Below, piece after piece: positions 1 through 9,880 of a stretch of DNA of 64,000 bases. Under the pieces are notes generated by a model. The model worked only from the letters and a program-made list of their open reading frames with translations, was not told the DNA's origin and ran no database searches. The position numbers and the translations under genes were made by a program. The stretch is from an uncultured Gemmatimonadaceae bacterium (GTDB taxonomy: Bacteria > Gemmatimonadota > Gemmatimonadetes > Gemmatimonadales > Gemmatimonadaceae), in NCBI GenBank assembly GCA_963817955.1, contig CAWFQK010000002.1, forward strand, positions 544,001 to 608,000. Direction: 5' to 3'. Positions within the stretch are counted from its first letter, which is position 1. Each line of letters opens with the position of its first letter.

Positions 1-1
1 C

Positions 2-769
2 TTGTCCCATGTTTCCGAGAGCCTCCAATTCCATCGTGCCCTTTCCGACGCCGCGAGTATAGGACTGCCAGCCGTGATGAATCGCCGCAGCACAGTCACC
101 TCGGACCGCTTCCGCGACCATGAGTGTTTGGTGCGCCTGCGATGCGAGCCCCATCAGCCCGACCTCGTCGGCGAGTGCCGCGGCCTTCTCTCCCAATGCC
201 CGGCATCGTGGGTAATTGCCACGCATTCGTGCAACGATCGCTTGGCCGCTCCAGGCTCGCACCCGCAATTCATCGGAGTGTTCCTCGCGAGCGGCGACGC
301 TGACGCGGCGATACCGCTCGCTCGCGACGTCAAGATCGCCACGCTTCCACGCCAGGCGGGCTCGTACGGCATTGATGCGTACGCATTCAAGGGACGAGAT
401 CGAATGATCGGCAGCGACAAATGCGGCGAGAATGGCGTCTGCCACCTCGATGGCACCAGCATCTTCGATGCGATCGCAATAGCAACGCAATCGTCCTTCG
501 AGCGTGTCGTCGTCCCATGGCGGTGAGGGATCGGTATAATTGCCGGCATCCCACGTCGCCCTCCCTATGGAGTTAAGGACGTTCTCCCGCACAGCGGCCA
601 GTATCGGTCCTCGGTCGTCCTCCGGAACGAGGCTCGCGCGCTCGAGCAGTGAGCCTACGCGCAGCCAACTCCCGTCGTCCGATTCCACCAAGGCAGCATT
701 CTGCGCATGCGTCTCGCGGTACGCGTCGAGAACTCGGCGCCTTGCAGTCCGGATCAATGTGCTTCTCAT
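2..769 (-). CDS. TPR-like helical repeat protein, paralog of 11154..12389; 3' end runs off the window
   Basis: Hand translation: stop-free minus frame from ATG 769 (alternative ATG 838) to the edge, MRSTLIRTARRRVLDAYR...EDAGA...ARMRGNYP...AHQTLMVA. These motifs are shared in order with 11154..12389. Not in the ORF track. Confidence 0.85.
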   Translation of the reverse strand, partial: MRSTLIRTARRRVLDAYRETHAQNAALVESDDGSWLRVGSLLERASLVPEDDRGPILAAVRENVLNSIGRATWDAGNYTDPSPPWDDDTLEGRLRCYCDRIEDAGAIEVADAILAAFVAADHSISSLECVRINAVRARLAWKRGDLDVASERYRRVSVAAREEHSDELRVRAWSGQAIVARMRGNYPRCRALGEKAAALADEVGLMGLASQAHQTLMVAEAVRGDCAAAIHHGWQSYTRGVGKGTMELEALGNMGQ

Positions 770-943
770 GCGTTCAATCTCGTCGGAGTCTGCAGCGTTC
801 GGCAAGCGGATTGTGCACTGCAGTTCCCGATGCGGCATTGCATTTCGCGTTCACAATGCCGAATTTCGCGGTATCGTCAGAAGAGTTTGAAAGTCGGAGA
901 TTCTGGGTGCAGTGTTTTCGAAGGCAGCGTGGAGGGAACAGAC

Positions 944-1111
944 ATGGGCAGACAAGTAGCGATCGTGCTTTATCTGGTGGCGATGGTCGCCGTCATAGTT
1001 GGCGTCGATGTCATGTTCTTCAGAGACCAATTCTGGAAACGGCTGATAGTGAATATTGGAATCGTCCTGGCCTTCGCCGCTTTCTACTCGAGATTTCTGA
1101 GGCATCCATAA
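944..1111 (+). CDS. Small two-TM membrane protein (55 aa)
   Basis: GGAGGG RBS before ATG 944; two hydrophobic segments. Confidence 0.75.
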   Translation: MGRQVAIVLYLVAMVAVIVGVDVMFFRDQFWKRLIVNIGIVLAFAAFYSRFLRHP

Positions 1112-1177
1112 GCAGGGGCGACGGCGCCCTTTTCGCTCCGATGGTGCAGACGCGGTTCGACGCCCCCTCTTCCGAGA

Positions 1178-2353
1178 GTGCCCCCCATGCACCGTACTAT
1201 CCGCTGCTGCTTCGCGATCGAGCTTGCTGCCTCTGTGCTCACGACATCTGCTTCCGCGCAGGCGCGAGAGGACCTGACGCGCGCGCTTGGCGCCGGGGTC
1301 GGGCGCACCATCACGTCGGCGCCAAGCCTCGACTCTCTTCCCTGGCGTGAAGTAGGACGCAATGACCCCTCCGGCCAGGGCGCGCCAAGATCGCCGAGGG
1401 CGCTGTGTTGGCTGGGCGACTCGCTGGTAATCGCTGACGGCTCTTCGCAACAATTGATGTTCTACACTGGCGCGGGCACGTATGTGCGCTCGATCGGCGG
1501 CCGGGGCACGGCACCTGGACTGTTCGCAGGTCTCACCATCGTGCGATGCGGAGCTGGCAAGACCGCACTCCTGGCGGCCGACTTGAGTACACACCACGTC
1601 TCATTCTTCAATTCCGCCGGAACGTTTCTACGGGTCGCCCCTACACCGAAGGTGCCACAGATCGACATTCTCGGTGAATTCGCGCTTGCATCGGATGGAT
1701 CATGGTTCGATTCGTGGCTCGGAACCGACGTGCCTTTTGGGCCTTACCTGACGGACGAGGAGTGGCAATCCACCAGACTTATCCGTCGATACGGCCCTGA
1801 TGACAAGCCACTCGGTGAGTTTGGTGCTCCCCCCATCTACTCTGATCGTGTGGCACGGCGCGTTCTGAACCGCGTCTTCTTCGCCCCGTGGCGCGATACA
1901 CTCTGGACGCTCACGCAAGGCGATGCGACTATTCGCGGCTTCACAATTGCTGGTGGGTCGGCGCCACGACCGGTTCGCCTCCCTGTGTATTATCGCGGAG
2001 CGGAACCGAAGGTCGAGATCGGCGAGGGGCACGCTGGGTCGCCGTTCCTCCCTAACAGCATGACGTTTGATCCGAACGTCGCTGGTCTTGCGATCGTGTC
2101 AGACTCCCTCTTCGCGATCGTGCACTATCGCGAATGGGGCACGCGCATGGTCGGTCCTGGATTGGACTTGAGTCTTCGCCATATTGCCAATTCGAGCATT
2201 GAAGTGGTCGATCGGCGCGGTCGCGTCGTACGCGCGTTCGACGCCCCTGGCTTTGTGCTCGCCGTCGCGTCGGATGGCAGATTACGGTTCGCGATCCTCA
2301 CACAGATGAAGGACCGCACGAGCCATGTTCTGCTCGCGCGTCTGCCTCTGTAG
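1178..2353 (+). CDS. Secreted 6-bladed beta-propeller (NHL-like) protein
   Basis: Signal-like N-terminus (ASA-QA), IGGRGTAPGLF NHL-type motif, repeated beta blades; start may be ATG 1187. Confidence 0.7.
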   Translation: MPPMHRTIRCCFAIELAASVLTTSASAQAREDLTRALGAGVGRTITSAPSLDSLPWREVGRNDPSGQGAPRSPRALCWLGDSLVIADGSSQQLMFYTGAGTYVRSIGGRGTAPGLFAGLTIVRCGAGKTALLAADLSTHHVSFFNSAGTFLRVAPTPKVPQIDILGEFALASDGSWFDSWLGTDVPFGPYLTDEEWQSTRLIRRYGPDDKPLGEFGAPPIYSDRVARRVLNRVFFAPWRDTLWTLTQGDATIRGFTIAGGSAPRPVRLPVYYRGAEPKVEIGEGHAGSPFLPNSMTFDPNVAGLAIVSDSLFAIVHYREWGTRMVGPGLDLSLRHIANSSIEVVDRRGRVVRAFDAPGFVLAVASDGRLRFAILTQMKDRTSHVLLARLPL

Positions 2354-2380
2354 CTGGCGCAATCGGTCCAAGGAACTCAC

Positions 2381-4750
2381 ATGGTAGCTGATCTCCGCGT
2401 CGCTCTGCGTGCGCTCAGAAGGGCGCCGTCATTCGCCGTTGCTTGCATTCTGTCACTTTCGCTCGGTGTCGGCCTGAATGGAACGGTGTTCGCGGTGATC
2501 GATGCCGCGATGCTCCGACCGCCGCCATATCACCGGCCGGATCGTCTGCTCACCTTGCAGGACAATCTGCAGGTGCCGGACAACTACCTGCTCTCATTCG
2601 ACGAATATTCGGGACTTCGAGCATCAGCGAAAAGTTTCATCGTCGTGGGCGCCTTTCGAGCGGGAATGGGCAACCGCTATGCGCTGCAACTCGACCCCGA
2701 TGTCGCAAAGACATCAGGAATGGCGGTGACGGCAAGCGCGTTCAGCGGGCTGCACATTGCTCCACTCGCCGGCCGTCTGTTTCAGGCGGACGATGAGCGA
2801 GCTGGCGCCCCGCCTGTCGTCATCATCGGGAGCGGTCTGTGGCATCGCGTTTTTGGCGGCACCTCGAGCGCGATTGGCTCGACGATTCGAGTTGACGGAC
2901 GTCCGCACACGATCATTGGAGTGATGCCGGAGGGATTCTGGTTCCCAACATGGAGCCAGGAATTCTGGACTGCCCTGTCCCCCGAAGCGAATCACTTTGC
3001 CAGAACCGAACGCTCACTGTCTGTCATCGCAAGGCTCCGTGATGGCGTGCCCACACAAACCGGTGCAGCGGAGCTCGAGCAGTTCGGCAGGCGACTCGAC
3101 GGGCCGGGCAATCCGCGCGAACGCCGTTGGTGGCGCGTCATGACGTTTGCCGACGCCGTGCATCCGGGAGACGCACGACAGGTGCTCGCGCTTCAGGTCG
3201 TTGCTGCCGCCGTCTTGCTGCTGGCCTGCATCAATGTGTCGAACCTGATGCTCGTGCGCCTCATCTTGCGCCGACGTGACACGGTCATCCGATCCGCACT
3301 CGGCGCATCACGATGGCTCGTCATCCGCCCTTTTCTCGCCGAGAGCGCTTGGCTCGCCGTCGCCGTCGCAATCGTGAGCGGTGCCTTCTCGTTCGGTGCA
3401 TTGCGGCTCATCGTCGCCACTTTCGATCGGGCAATGTTAGGCGAGATGATTCTGGGTGGCGGCACTCACATTGTGCTCTTCTCCCTGGCTGGAGCTTTGC
3501 TCGCCATCCTGCTCTGCGTGACGGGGCCGCTAGTCCAGACCGTGCGAGGCACTGCGTTCCCGGCCATTCGTGAAGGAGGTGGCGCTTCTGGCTTCGGGCG
3601 AATGACGCAGCGCATGCGACGAGGTGCCGTAGCGCTGCAGATTGCCTTCTCGCTGGCGTTGTGCTCGAGCAGCACGATGTTGGTTGGTGCACTTCGGGAC
3701 GCAACCCGCTGGAATCCCGGGTTTCCGGCTGAGGGGTTGCTCGTCGTGCCCGCGCGCGCGCTCACGGATGGTACGGCAGCTGCGGTGAGTGGAGCGTTGG
3801 TAATGGACCGACTCAAGATGGTTCCCGGTGTCGCCCATGTCGCGTTCTCCAGAAGTATGATCGTGCCGGAGGGCCGAATCATCTCTGACGCTCAAACCGA
3901 AACGAGTGACTGTTCCTGCCAAGCTGTAAGTGCCGACATCGTCGCGACGCTCGGTGTTCAATTGCGACAGGGGCGGACGTTCGCCGCGTCAGACATCCAT
4001 GGTGAACCGGTGGCTACCATCGACGAACGTCTCGCGCGGCGCCTTTGGCCGTCGACGACCGCCATTGGACGACGGCTGAAGATGGGTGAACGCGGCCCGT
4101 GGATTACGGTCATCGGCGAGTTCGCGCGCACGGACTTCTCGCGTCCATCAGCGGACCGAATGGTACCCCCTCAACCAGGCATGTTTGTCCTCACCTCGCC
4201 GGACTCGCTCACACGAGGTTCGATCTTTGTCCGCAGCGAGCATGGCACCTCCGCAGCGCTTGCCGTCCAATCCACGCTCGCGACAATCACGTCGGACCGA
4301 GCGGCGCGTTCGTTGATGCCAATGACGCGCATTCTCGATGCAACGCTTACACCCCTTCGCACATATCGACAACTGTTCGGCCTTCTCGCTGTACTCGCGC
4401 TCACGCTTTCGATTACCGGTCTCCACGGCGTGCTTGGCTACCACGTGATCTCGAGCAGTCGCGAATATGGCATCCGCGCTGCCCTTGGCGCTTCACCAGG
4501 AAGCCTATTCCGGTTGGTCGTCACTGATGCCTCTTGGTTGTTGACGGGAGGGATCCTGCTCGGATCGCTCCTTGCGATCATGACCGGCCGCCTGGTCTCG
4601 AGCGTGTTGCTGAGTGAGAACCGCAGCGTCATGATACCGCTCGCGCTTTCCGCGGCCGTCCTGTTGGTCGCATGCATGGGAACGGTCTTCGGGCCAGCAC
4701 TGCGTGCTGGTCGCGCCTCTCCCATTGAGGCGATTCGCGAGCAGGTGTGA
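2381..4750 (+). CDS. Duplicated MacB/FtsX-type ABC permease (ADOP-like orphan permease)
   Basis: 789 aa; DLRVALRALRRAPSF N-terminus; two IRxALGAS FtsX motifs; no adjacent ATPase gene. Confidence 0.9.
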   Translation: MVADLRVALRALRRAPSFAVACILSLSLGVGLNGTVFAVIDAAMLRPPPYHRPDRLLTLQDNLQVPDNYLLSFDEYSGLRASAKSFIVVGAFRAGMGNRYALQLDPDVAKTSGMAVTASAFSGLHIAPLAGRLFQADDERAGAPPVVIIGSGLWHRVFGGTSSAIGSTIRVDGRPHTIIGVMPEGFWFPTWSQEFWTALSPEANHFARTERSLSVIARLRDGVPTQTGAAELEQFGRRLDGPGNPRERRWWRVMTFADAVHPGDARQVLALQVVAAAVLLLACINVSNLMLVRLILRRRDTVIRSALGASRWLVIRPFLAESAWLAVAVAIVSGAFSFGALRLIVATFDRAMLGEMILGGGTHIVLFSLAGALLAILLCVTGPLVQTVRGTAFPAIREGGGASGFGRMTQRMRRGAVALQIAFSLALCSSSTMLVGALRDATRWNPGFPAEGLLVVPARALTDGTAAAVSGALVMDRLKMVPGVAHVAFSRSMIVPEGRIISDAQTETSDCSCQAVSADIVATLGVQLRQGRTFAASDIHGEPVATIDERLARRLWPSTTAIGRRLKMGERGPWITVIGEFARTDFSRPSADRMVPPQPGMFVLTSPDSLTRGSIFVRSEHGTSAALAVQSTLATITSDRAARSLMPMTRILDATLTPLRTYRQLFGLLAVLALTLSITGLHGVLGYHVISSSREYGIRAALGASPGSLFRLVVTDASWLLTGGILLGSLLAIMTGRLVSSVLLSENRSVMIPLALSAAVLLVACMGTVFGPALRAGRASPIEAIREQV

Positions 4751-4811
4751 CCAGGCGGCCCGCGCGCATCGGTAGTTCGTAGACTGGTTCTCCGGCCGGA
4801 GGGCGGCCTGA

Positions 4812-4840
4812 TTGCCATCTGCCACGTTACACCTTACACT
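4812..4840 (+). promoter_or_regulatory. Sigma70-like promoter of higBA
   Basis: TTGCCA-17 nt-TACACT, ending 5 nt before the higB ATG. Confidence 0.55.
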
Positions 4841-4845
4841 TCGAG

Positions 4846-5127
4846 ATGGCGATCATCCGGTTCAGACACAAGGGTCTGGGGCGCTTCTTTGCTGAGGGCT
4901 CGACTGCCGGGATTCAGAGCGAGCATGCAATCAGGCTCCGTTTGATTCTTGGCCGACTCAGTGTGGCCGCCGAACCGCGAGATATGGGCCTCCCCGGGCT
5001 TGCACTGCATCCGTTGAAGGGCGCCCGCCGTGGGACGTGGGCCGTGGGTGTCAGCGGCAACTGGCGAGTGACGTTTCGATTTGAGGGGCCGGACGCCACG
5101 GACGTCGACTACGAGGATTATCACTAG
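4846..5127 (+). CDS. higB: HigB (RelE-like) toxin
   Basis: FRHKGL...LHPLKG...WAVGVSGNWRVTFRF...DYEDYH; toxin lies upstream of antitoxin. Confidence 0.93.
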   Translation: MAIIRFRHKGLGRFFAEGSTAGIQSEHAIRLRLILGRLSVAAEPRDMGLPGLALHPLKGARRGTWAVGVSGNWRVTFRFEGPDATDVDYEDYH

Positions 5128-5424
5128 ATGAAGCCGCTCCGTATGCACCAGCCGCCGCACCCGGGCGAGATTCTCCGCGAACTCTGTTTGGCTCCCTTGG
5201 CGCTCAGCGTCACGGAGGCCGCCGAAGCCCTCGGGGTGAGTCGCAACACACTGTCTGCCATTCTGAACGGGCGCGCGGGCATCAGCCCCGAGATGGCCGT
5301 CCGGTTGTCCATCGCGTTCAACACCACGGCGGAGAGTTGGTTACACCAGCAGATGCAGTACGATCTGTGGCTGGCTGAGCGATCGCGAAAACGGCTCCGG
5401 GTTCGCAAACTCGCCGCGGCGTAG
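5128..5424 (+). CDS. higA: HigA antitoxin (HTH)
   Basis: PPHPGEIL...AEALGVSR...ISPEMAVRL...[11 protein letters not shown]. Confidence 0.93.
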   Translation: MKPLRMHQPPHPGEILRELCLAPLALSVTEAAEALGVSRNTLSAILNGRAGISPEMAVRLSIAFNTTAESWLHQQMQYDLWLAERSRKRLRVRKLAAA

Positions 5425-5541
5425 TCGATTCCGCGAGCCTCCGCCGCGCATTGGCATCGGCCCGCGCCACGGGCGTATATTGCTCGTCCCGCCACACGCT
5501 CCAGACACCCGGTCGGCTCACACACCGGAGAATCGTTCGCC

Positions 5542-6222
5542 ATGTCCGCCCATCCCAAGCTCGGCTTTCGCGTGCTCGCGTCGCCTCCGCGCCTCGACCC
5601 TGCCCTCGTCGAGCGCTTCCGCGGACTCGCATCGTCGAACCTCGCCGACGCCATGGGTCGCTTCAACTTCATGGACGCGGGAATTCGGCAGCGTACCGGA
5701 CTCCCGCTCTGCGGCCTCGCCGTAACCGTGAACGCGCGACCCGCCGACAACCTCATGATTCACAAGGCGCTCGCCGTCGCCGCGCCCGGCGATATCGTCG
5801 TCGTCAATACGTGCGGCAATACCACGAGCGCGGTGTTCGGAGAACTCATGTGCACCACCGCCGCGGCCAAAGGCATTGGTGGTATCATCATTGACGGCGC
5901 CATTCGCGACGTGCCGGCGATCGCCGCGCTGGGAATGTCGGCGTACAGCCGCACGGTGTGTCCGGGCGGATGTGACAAAGACGGTCCGGGCGAGATCAAT
6001 GTGCCCATCAGTTGCGGGGGCACGGTGGTCATGCCAGGCGACATCGTCGTCGGCGACGAGGACGGCGTCGCCGTGGTGCCGCGCGAACACGCGGAGGAGG
6101 TGCTCGGCCTCGTGACGGCGCTCCAAGTGCGCGAACAGAAGCGAATCGCCGAGATCCACGGGGGATTGCTCTTCCGCCCGGACGTGGACGAGCTGCTGCG
6201 TAAGAAAGGTGTGATCGAGTGA
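5542..6222 (+). CDS. RraA-like / HMG-CHA aldolase family protein
   Basis: ADAM, PADNL, FGELM, IDGAIRD, PGDIVVGDEDGV motifs. Confidence 0.88.
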   Translation: MSAHPKLGFRVLASPPRLDPALVERFRGLASSNLADAMGRFNFMDAGIRQRTGLPLCGLAVTVNARPADNLMIHKALAVAAPGDIVVVNTCGNTTSAVFGELMCTTAAAKGIGGIIIDGAIRDVPAIAALGMSAYSRTVCPGGCDKDGPGEINVPISCGGTVVMPGDIVVGDEDGVAVVPREHAEEVLGLVTALQVREQKRIAEIHGGLLFRPDVDELLRKKGVIE

Positions 6223-7331
6223 CCGGGGAGTCTGCCCCTGTGCTGCTGATGACGCCCGGCCCCACTCGCGTACCGGAGCGCGTGCTGCATGCCGGCGCGC
6301 GCCCCATGATCCATCACCGCACCCCAGAGTTCTCGCGCGAGCTCGCCACGGTGCTCGAACTCCTACCGGCGCTCTTCGGTACCGCGGCCACGCCGCTCCC
6401 GGTGCACACCACGGGACGTGGGGCCATGGAAGCCGCGCTCTGCAATGTCCTCTCGCCTGGCGACGAGATCGTGGTCACCTGTCACGGCAAATTCGGCGAG
6501 ATGTGGGCGCGCATCGCCGAGTCGCACGGACTCGTGGTGCACCGCATTGCCACCGATTGGGAGCGCGTACTCGAAGTGCCACACCTCGAGCAGGCGCTCG
6601 CGGAGCATCCAGGGGTACGCGCCGTCGCGTTCGCCCACGGCGAGACGTCCACCGGCGTGGCGAACGACGTCGCTGCCCTGGCGCGTGTGGCGCGCGCGCA
6701 CGGGGTGTTGACGTTGGTGGACGGCGTGTCGTCGATCGGCGGAATGCCATTCGCGTTCGATGAGTGGGAAGTGGACGTCGCGGTCGTCGCGACGCAGAAG
6801 TGCCTGATGTGCGGCCCCGGCCTCTCGTTCGTCGTGCTCAGCGATCGCGCATGGGCTGCGAATGCCTCGGCCCGGCTGCCGCATGAGTATTGGAACTTCG
6901 CCGCCACGCGACGTGAGGTCTCCAAGCCCAAACCGGAAACGCCGGGCACGCCCCCGGTGCAAATCGTGCTCGAGGTAGCCGAGTCGTTGCGCCTGATTCA
7001 CGAAGAGGGTGTTGAGAACGTCTGGCGCCGGCACGAGCAGATGGCGGACCTGGCGTCTCGCGGCGTGACCAGCCTGGGACTCTCGCTACAATGTCCGCAA
7101 CTCACTCGCCGGTCGACGACGCTCACCACGGTCGCACTCCCGCCCACGCTCGCGCCGCAGCGCGTGCGTGAAGGGCTCAAGGCACGGGGCATTCTCGTCG
7201 CCGGCGGGCTCGGGCACTATGCCACAGAGTGTATCCGTATAGGACACATGGGCGACATCCGCGTGAGCGATGTCGAGCACACGTTGGCGGCGTTGCAGAT
7301 CGTGCTGGGCGAGCTCGGCGCCTCTTCATGA
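6219..7331 (+). CDS. Class V PLP aminotransferase (alanine/serine-glyoxylate type)
   Basis: MTPGPT, HGETSTGV, VDGVSS, TQKCL (PLP Lys), IRIGHMG. Confidence 0.9.
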   Translation: MTGESAPVLLMTPGPTRVPERVLHAGARPMIHHRTPEFSRELATVLELLPALFGTAATPLPVHTTGRGAMEAALCNVLSPGDEIVVTCHGKFGEMWARIAESHGLVVHRIATDWERVLEVPHLEQALAEHPGVRAVAFAHGETSTGVANDVAALARVARAHGVLTLVDGVSSIGGMPFAFDEWEVDVAVVATQKCLMCGPGLSFVVLSDRAWAANASARLPHEYWNFAATRREVSKPKPETPGTPPVQIVLEVAESLRLIHEEGVENVWRRHEQMADLASRGVTSLGLSLQCPQLTRRSTTLTTVALPPTLAPQRVREGLKARGILVAGGLGHYATECIRIGHMGDIRVSDVEHTLAALQIVLGELGASS

Positions 7332-8596
7332 AGCTCCAAACACAGATCTTTGCCGGTGTCGTCGCCGGCGCAGCAGTGGGCGCACTGGCCCGGCTGCCGG
7401 ATCTGTCGCCGCTCGCGCGCGCGGTGTTCGCCGTGGAACCGGTCGGCCTGGTGTTCATACGCCTCATCACGATGGTCGTGGTGCCGCTCGTGATCGCAAG
7501 TTTGTTCACTGCTGTCGCCTCGCTCGGCGATCCACGCCGGCTTGGCCGGCTCGGGCTGCGCACCTTCGCGTTCTTCCTTGGCACTACCTTCGCCGCGGCG
7601 GCAATCGGCCTCGCTGTCGCCGTTGCGGCGAACATCGGCGCCGGACTCGCGCCCGCGGTACGCGACGCGATCTCGAGCCGGTTTCAGACCGAAGCGTCGA
7701 GCGTCGGCGCAGTGGCGGCGGCGGCACCCGGACTCGTGCCGACGCTCGTCAATATGGTGCCGCAAAATCCCTTCACTGCCGCGGCGCAGGGCGAGCTGCT
7801 GCCGCTCATCATTGCCGTCCTGATCTTTGCCGCCGCGACGACGGTCATCGCCGAGGAACGGCGTCGTCCGCTCGTGGCGTTCTTCGAGAGCGTGAACGAC
7901 GTGTCGATGGTGGTGATTCGGTGGATGATGCGCATTGCCCCGGTAGCCATCTTCGTTCTCCTGGCCGTCACCGTGGCGCGATCGGGAGTCGATCTCCTCG
8001 CTAGCCTCGCTGGTTACGCGCTGACGGTGGTGCTGGCGCTGGCGCTCCACGTGCTCGTCGTGCTCACCCCTGCCCTGCTACTCGGCGCCCGCGTGCGGAT
8101 CGCCACGTTCACGCGTGCCGTGTCCGACGCGTTGGTGCTGGCATTCTCGACGTCGTCGTCGAGCGTGGCGCTGCCGGTGAGCATGGCGGCAGCCACGGAG
8201 CGACTCGGTGCCTCGAACCAGGTTGCGGCGTTCGTGCTGCCCGCGGGAGCAACGCTCAACAAGAACGGAGCCGCCGTCTACAAGGCAGCCACGGCAGTGT
8301 TCCTGGCGCACCTCTACGGCGTGCCGTTGGGCGCCGGTGTGCTGTTCACTATTCTCATAACGACCGTCGTCGCGTCATCGGCCGGTGCCGGCGTGCCGGG
8401 CAGTTCGCTGGTCACGACGCTCATCGTGCTCAACGCCATCGGGCTCGGCCCGCACGCCGCTGCGGGCATCGCGCTTGTGGCGGGGATCGACCGGCCGATC
8501 GACATGTGCCGCAGCGTCGTGAACACCTTGAGCAATCTCGTGGGCACGGCCTGGATCGCCCGCGCCGAGCGCGTGAGTCTGCCGGTGGTGGTATAG
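7328..8596 (+). CDS. Dicarboxylate/amino acid:cation symporter (DAACS)
   Basis: AFSTSSSSVALP, GATLNKNG, AGIDRPIDMCRSVVN; ATG 7328 overlaps upstream stop. Confidence 0.92.
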   Translation: MKLQTQIFAGVVAGAAVGALARLPDLSPLARAVFAVEPVGLVFIRLITMVVVPLVIASLFTAVASLGDPRRLGRLGLRTFAFFLGTTFAAAAIGLAVAVAANIGAGLAPAVRDAISSRFQTEASSVGAVAAAAPGLVPTLVNMVPQNPFTAAAQGELLPLIIAVLIFAAATTVIAEERRRPLVAFFESVNDVSMVVIRWMMRIAPVAIFVLLAVTVARSGVDLLASLAGYALTVVLALALHVLVVLTPALLLGARVRIATFTRAVSDALVLAFSTSSSSVALPVSMAAATERLGASNQVAAFVLPAGATLNKNGAAVYKAATAVFLAHLYGVPLGAGVLFTILITTVVASSAGAGVPGSSLVTTLIVLNAIGLGPHAAAGIALVAGIDRPIDMCRSVVNTLSNLVGTAWIARAERVSLPVVV

Positions 8597-8605
8597 AGAA
8601 CACAC

Positions 8606-9880
8606 ATGTCCCGCCTCACGATCAGCGAGAAGATCCTTTCGGCGAAGTCGGCCGACCAGCGTGAAGCACGCGCCGGCGACACCGTCGTGTGCACGGCAGA
8701 CCTCGTGCTCGGCACCGACGGCTCGGCACCCATGGCAATCGATTACTTCGAGCAGATGGGCGGCACCTCGCTCGCGCATCCGGAGCGTGTCGTGTTCTCG
8801 CTCGACCACTACGCGCCGCCGTCAACGGCCGCTACGGCACGCTTCCACGATCGCATCCGTGCCTTTTCCGTGCGAACGGGTGCGAGGGTGATCGAGGTAG
8901 GACAGGGCATCAGTCACCAGATTGTCGTCGAGCGGGCACTGGTGAGACCTGGACAGCTCGTGGTAGGCGCCGATAGCCACACCGTGACCGCCGCGGCACT
9001 CGACCTGTTTGCTGCTGGCATCGGCTCGTCGGACCTCGCCGCGGCCATGCTCACCGGCAAGGTGTGGCTCCGGGTACCGGAGACGATTCTCGTCGTACTC
9101 TCCGGCCAGCTCCGCGCGCCCGCCCTGGCGAAGGACGCAGCGCTCGCCCTCGTGGGCATGCTCGGCGGCGAGGGGGCGAACTACCGCGCGCTCGAGTTTG
9201 CCGGCGCTGGCGTGGACACGCTCACGGTGGACGATAGGCTGGTGTTCAGCAACATGCTCGTCGAGTGCGGCGCAAAGACGGCGATCTTTCCGTGCGATGG
9301 ACGAACGGCCGAGTATCTGGCACGGCGCGGCGTCACGGATGTAACGCCCGTGACAGCCGACGCCGGCGCGCGATATCTGCGTCGTATGGAGCTCGACCTC
9401 TCTGCCATCGTGCCGATGATTGCGCTGCCGCACCAACCCGACAACGTCGTGCCACTCGCGCAAGCAGTGGGCACGCCCGTACACATGGTGTTCCTGGGCA
9501 CCTGCACCGGCGGCCGCGTATCGGACTATCACGAAGCCCTCGCGGTCATCGAGCGTTGCGGCGGCGCCATCGCGCGCGGCGTACAGCTGGTGGTGACTCC
9601 CGCGTCACGCGACATCTACCTCCAGCTCATGCTCGACGGTTCGCTGTCGAAATTCGCCGAGCTGGGCGCGATCATCACGACGCCTGGATGCGGCGCGTGC
9701 TGTGGCACGAGCGGCGTGATTCCTGGTGACGGCATGACGGTGGTGTCCACCGCGAACCGCAACTTCAAGGCACGCATGGGCAACGCAACCGCATCGATCT
9801 ACCTCGCGTCGCCGGCCGCGTGTGCTGCGGCCGCGGCCAGCGGCCGGATCGCTAATCCTGAAGATTGGAGCGCACCGTGA
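8606..9880 (+). CDS. Aconitase-family hydro-lyase large subunit (LeuC/HacA/DmdA-like)
   Basis: DH, GISHQ, GADSHT, GTCTGGR and PGCGACCG Fe-S cysteines, STANRNF. Confidence 0.88.
   Translation: MSRLTISEKILSAKSADQREARAGDTVVCTADLVLGTDGSAPMAIDYFEQMGGTSLAHPERVVFSLDHYAPPSTAATARFHDRIRAFSVRTGARVIEVGQGISHQIVVERALVRPGQLVVGADSHTVTAAALDLFAAGIGSSDLAAAMLTGKVWLRVPETILVVLSGQLRAPALAKDAALALVGMLGGEGANYRALEFAGAGVDTLTVDDRLVFSNMLVECGAKTAIFPCDGRTAEYLARRGVTDVTPVTADAGARYLRRMELDLSAIVPMIALPHQPDNVVPLAQAVGTPVHMVFLGTCTGGRVSDYHEALAVIERCGGAIARGVQLVVTPASRDIYLQLMLDGSLSKFAELGAIITTPGCGACCGTSGVIPGDGMTVVSTANRNFKARMGNATASIYLASPAACAAAAASGRIANPEDWSAP

Noticed and set aside
2..890. Plus-strand ORFs 2..526 and 540..890
   Set aside because: Antisense shadows of the minus-strand TPR paralog, which has clear homology support.
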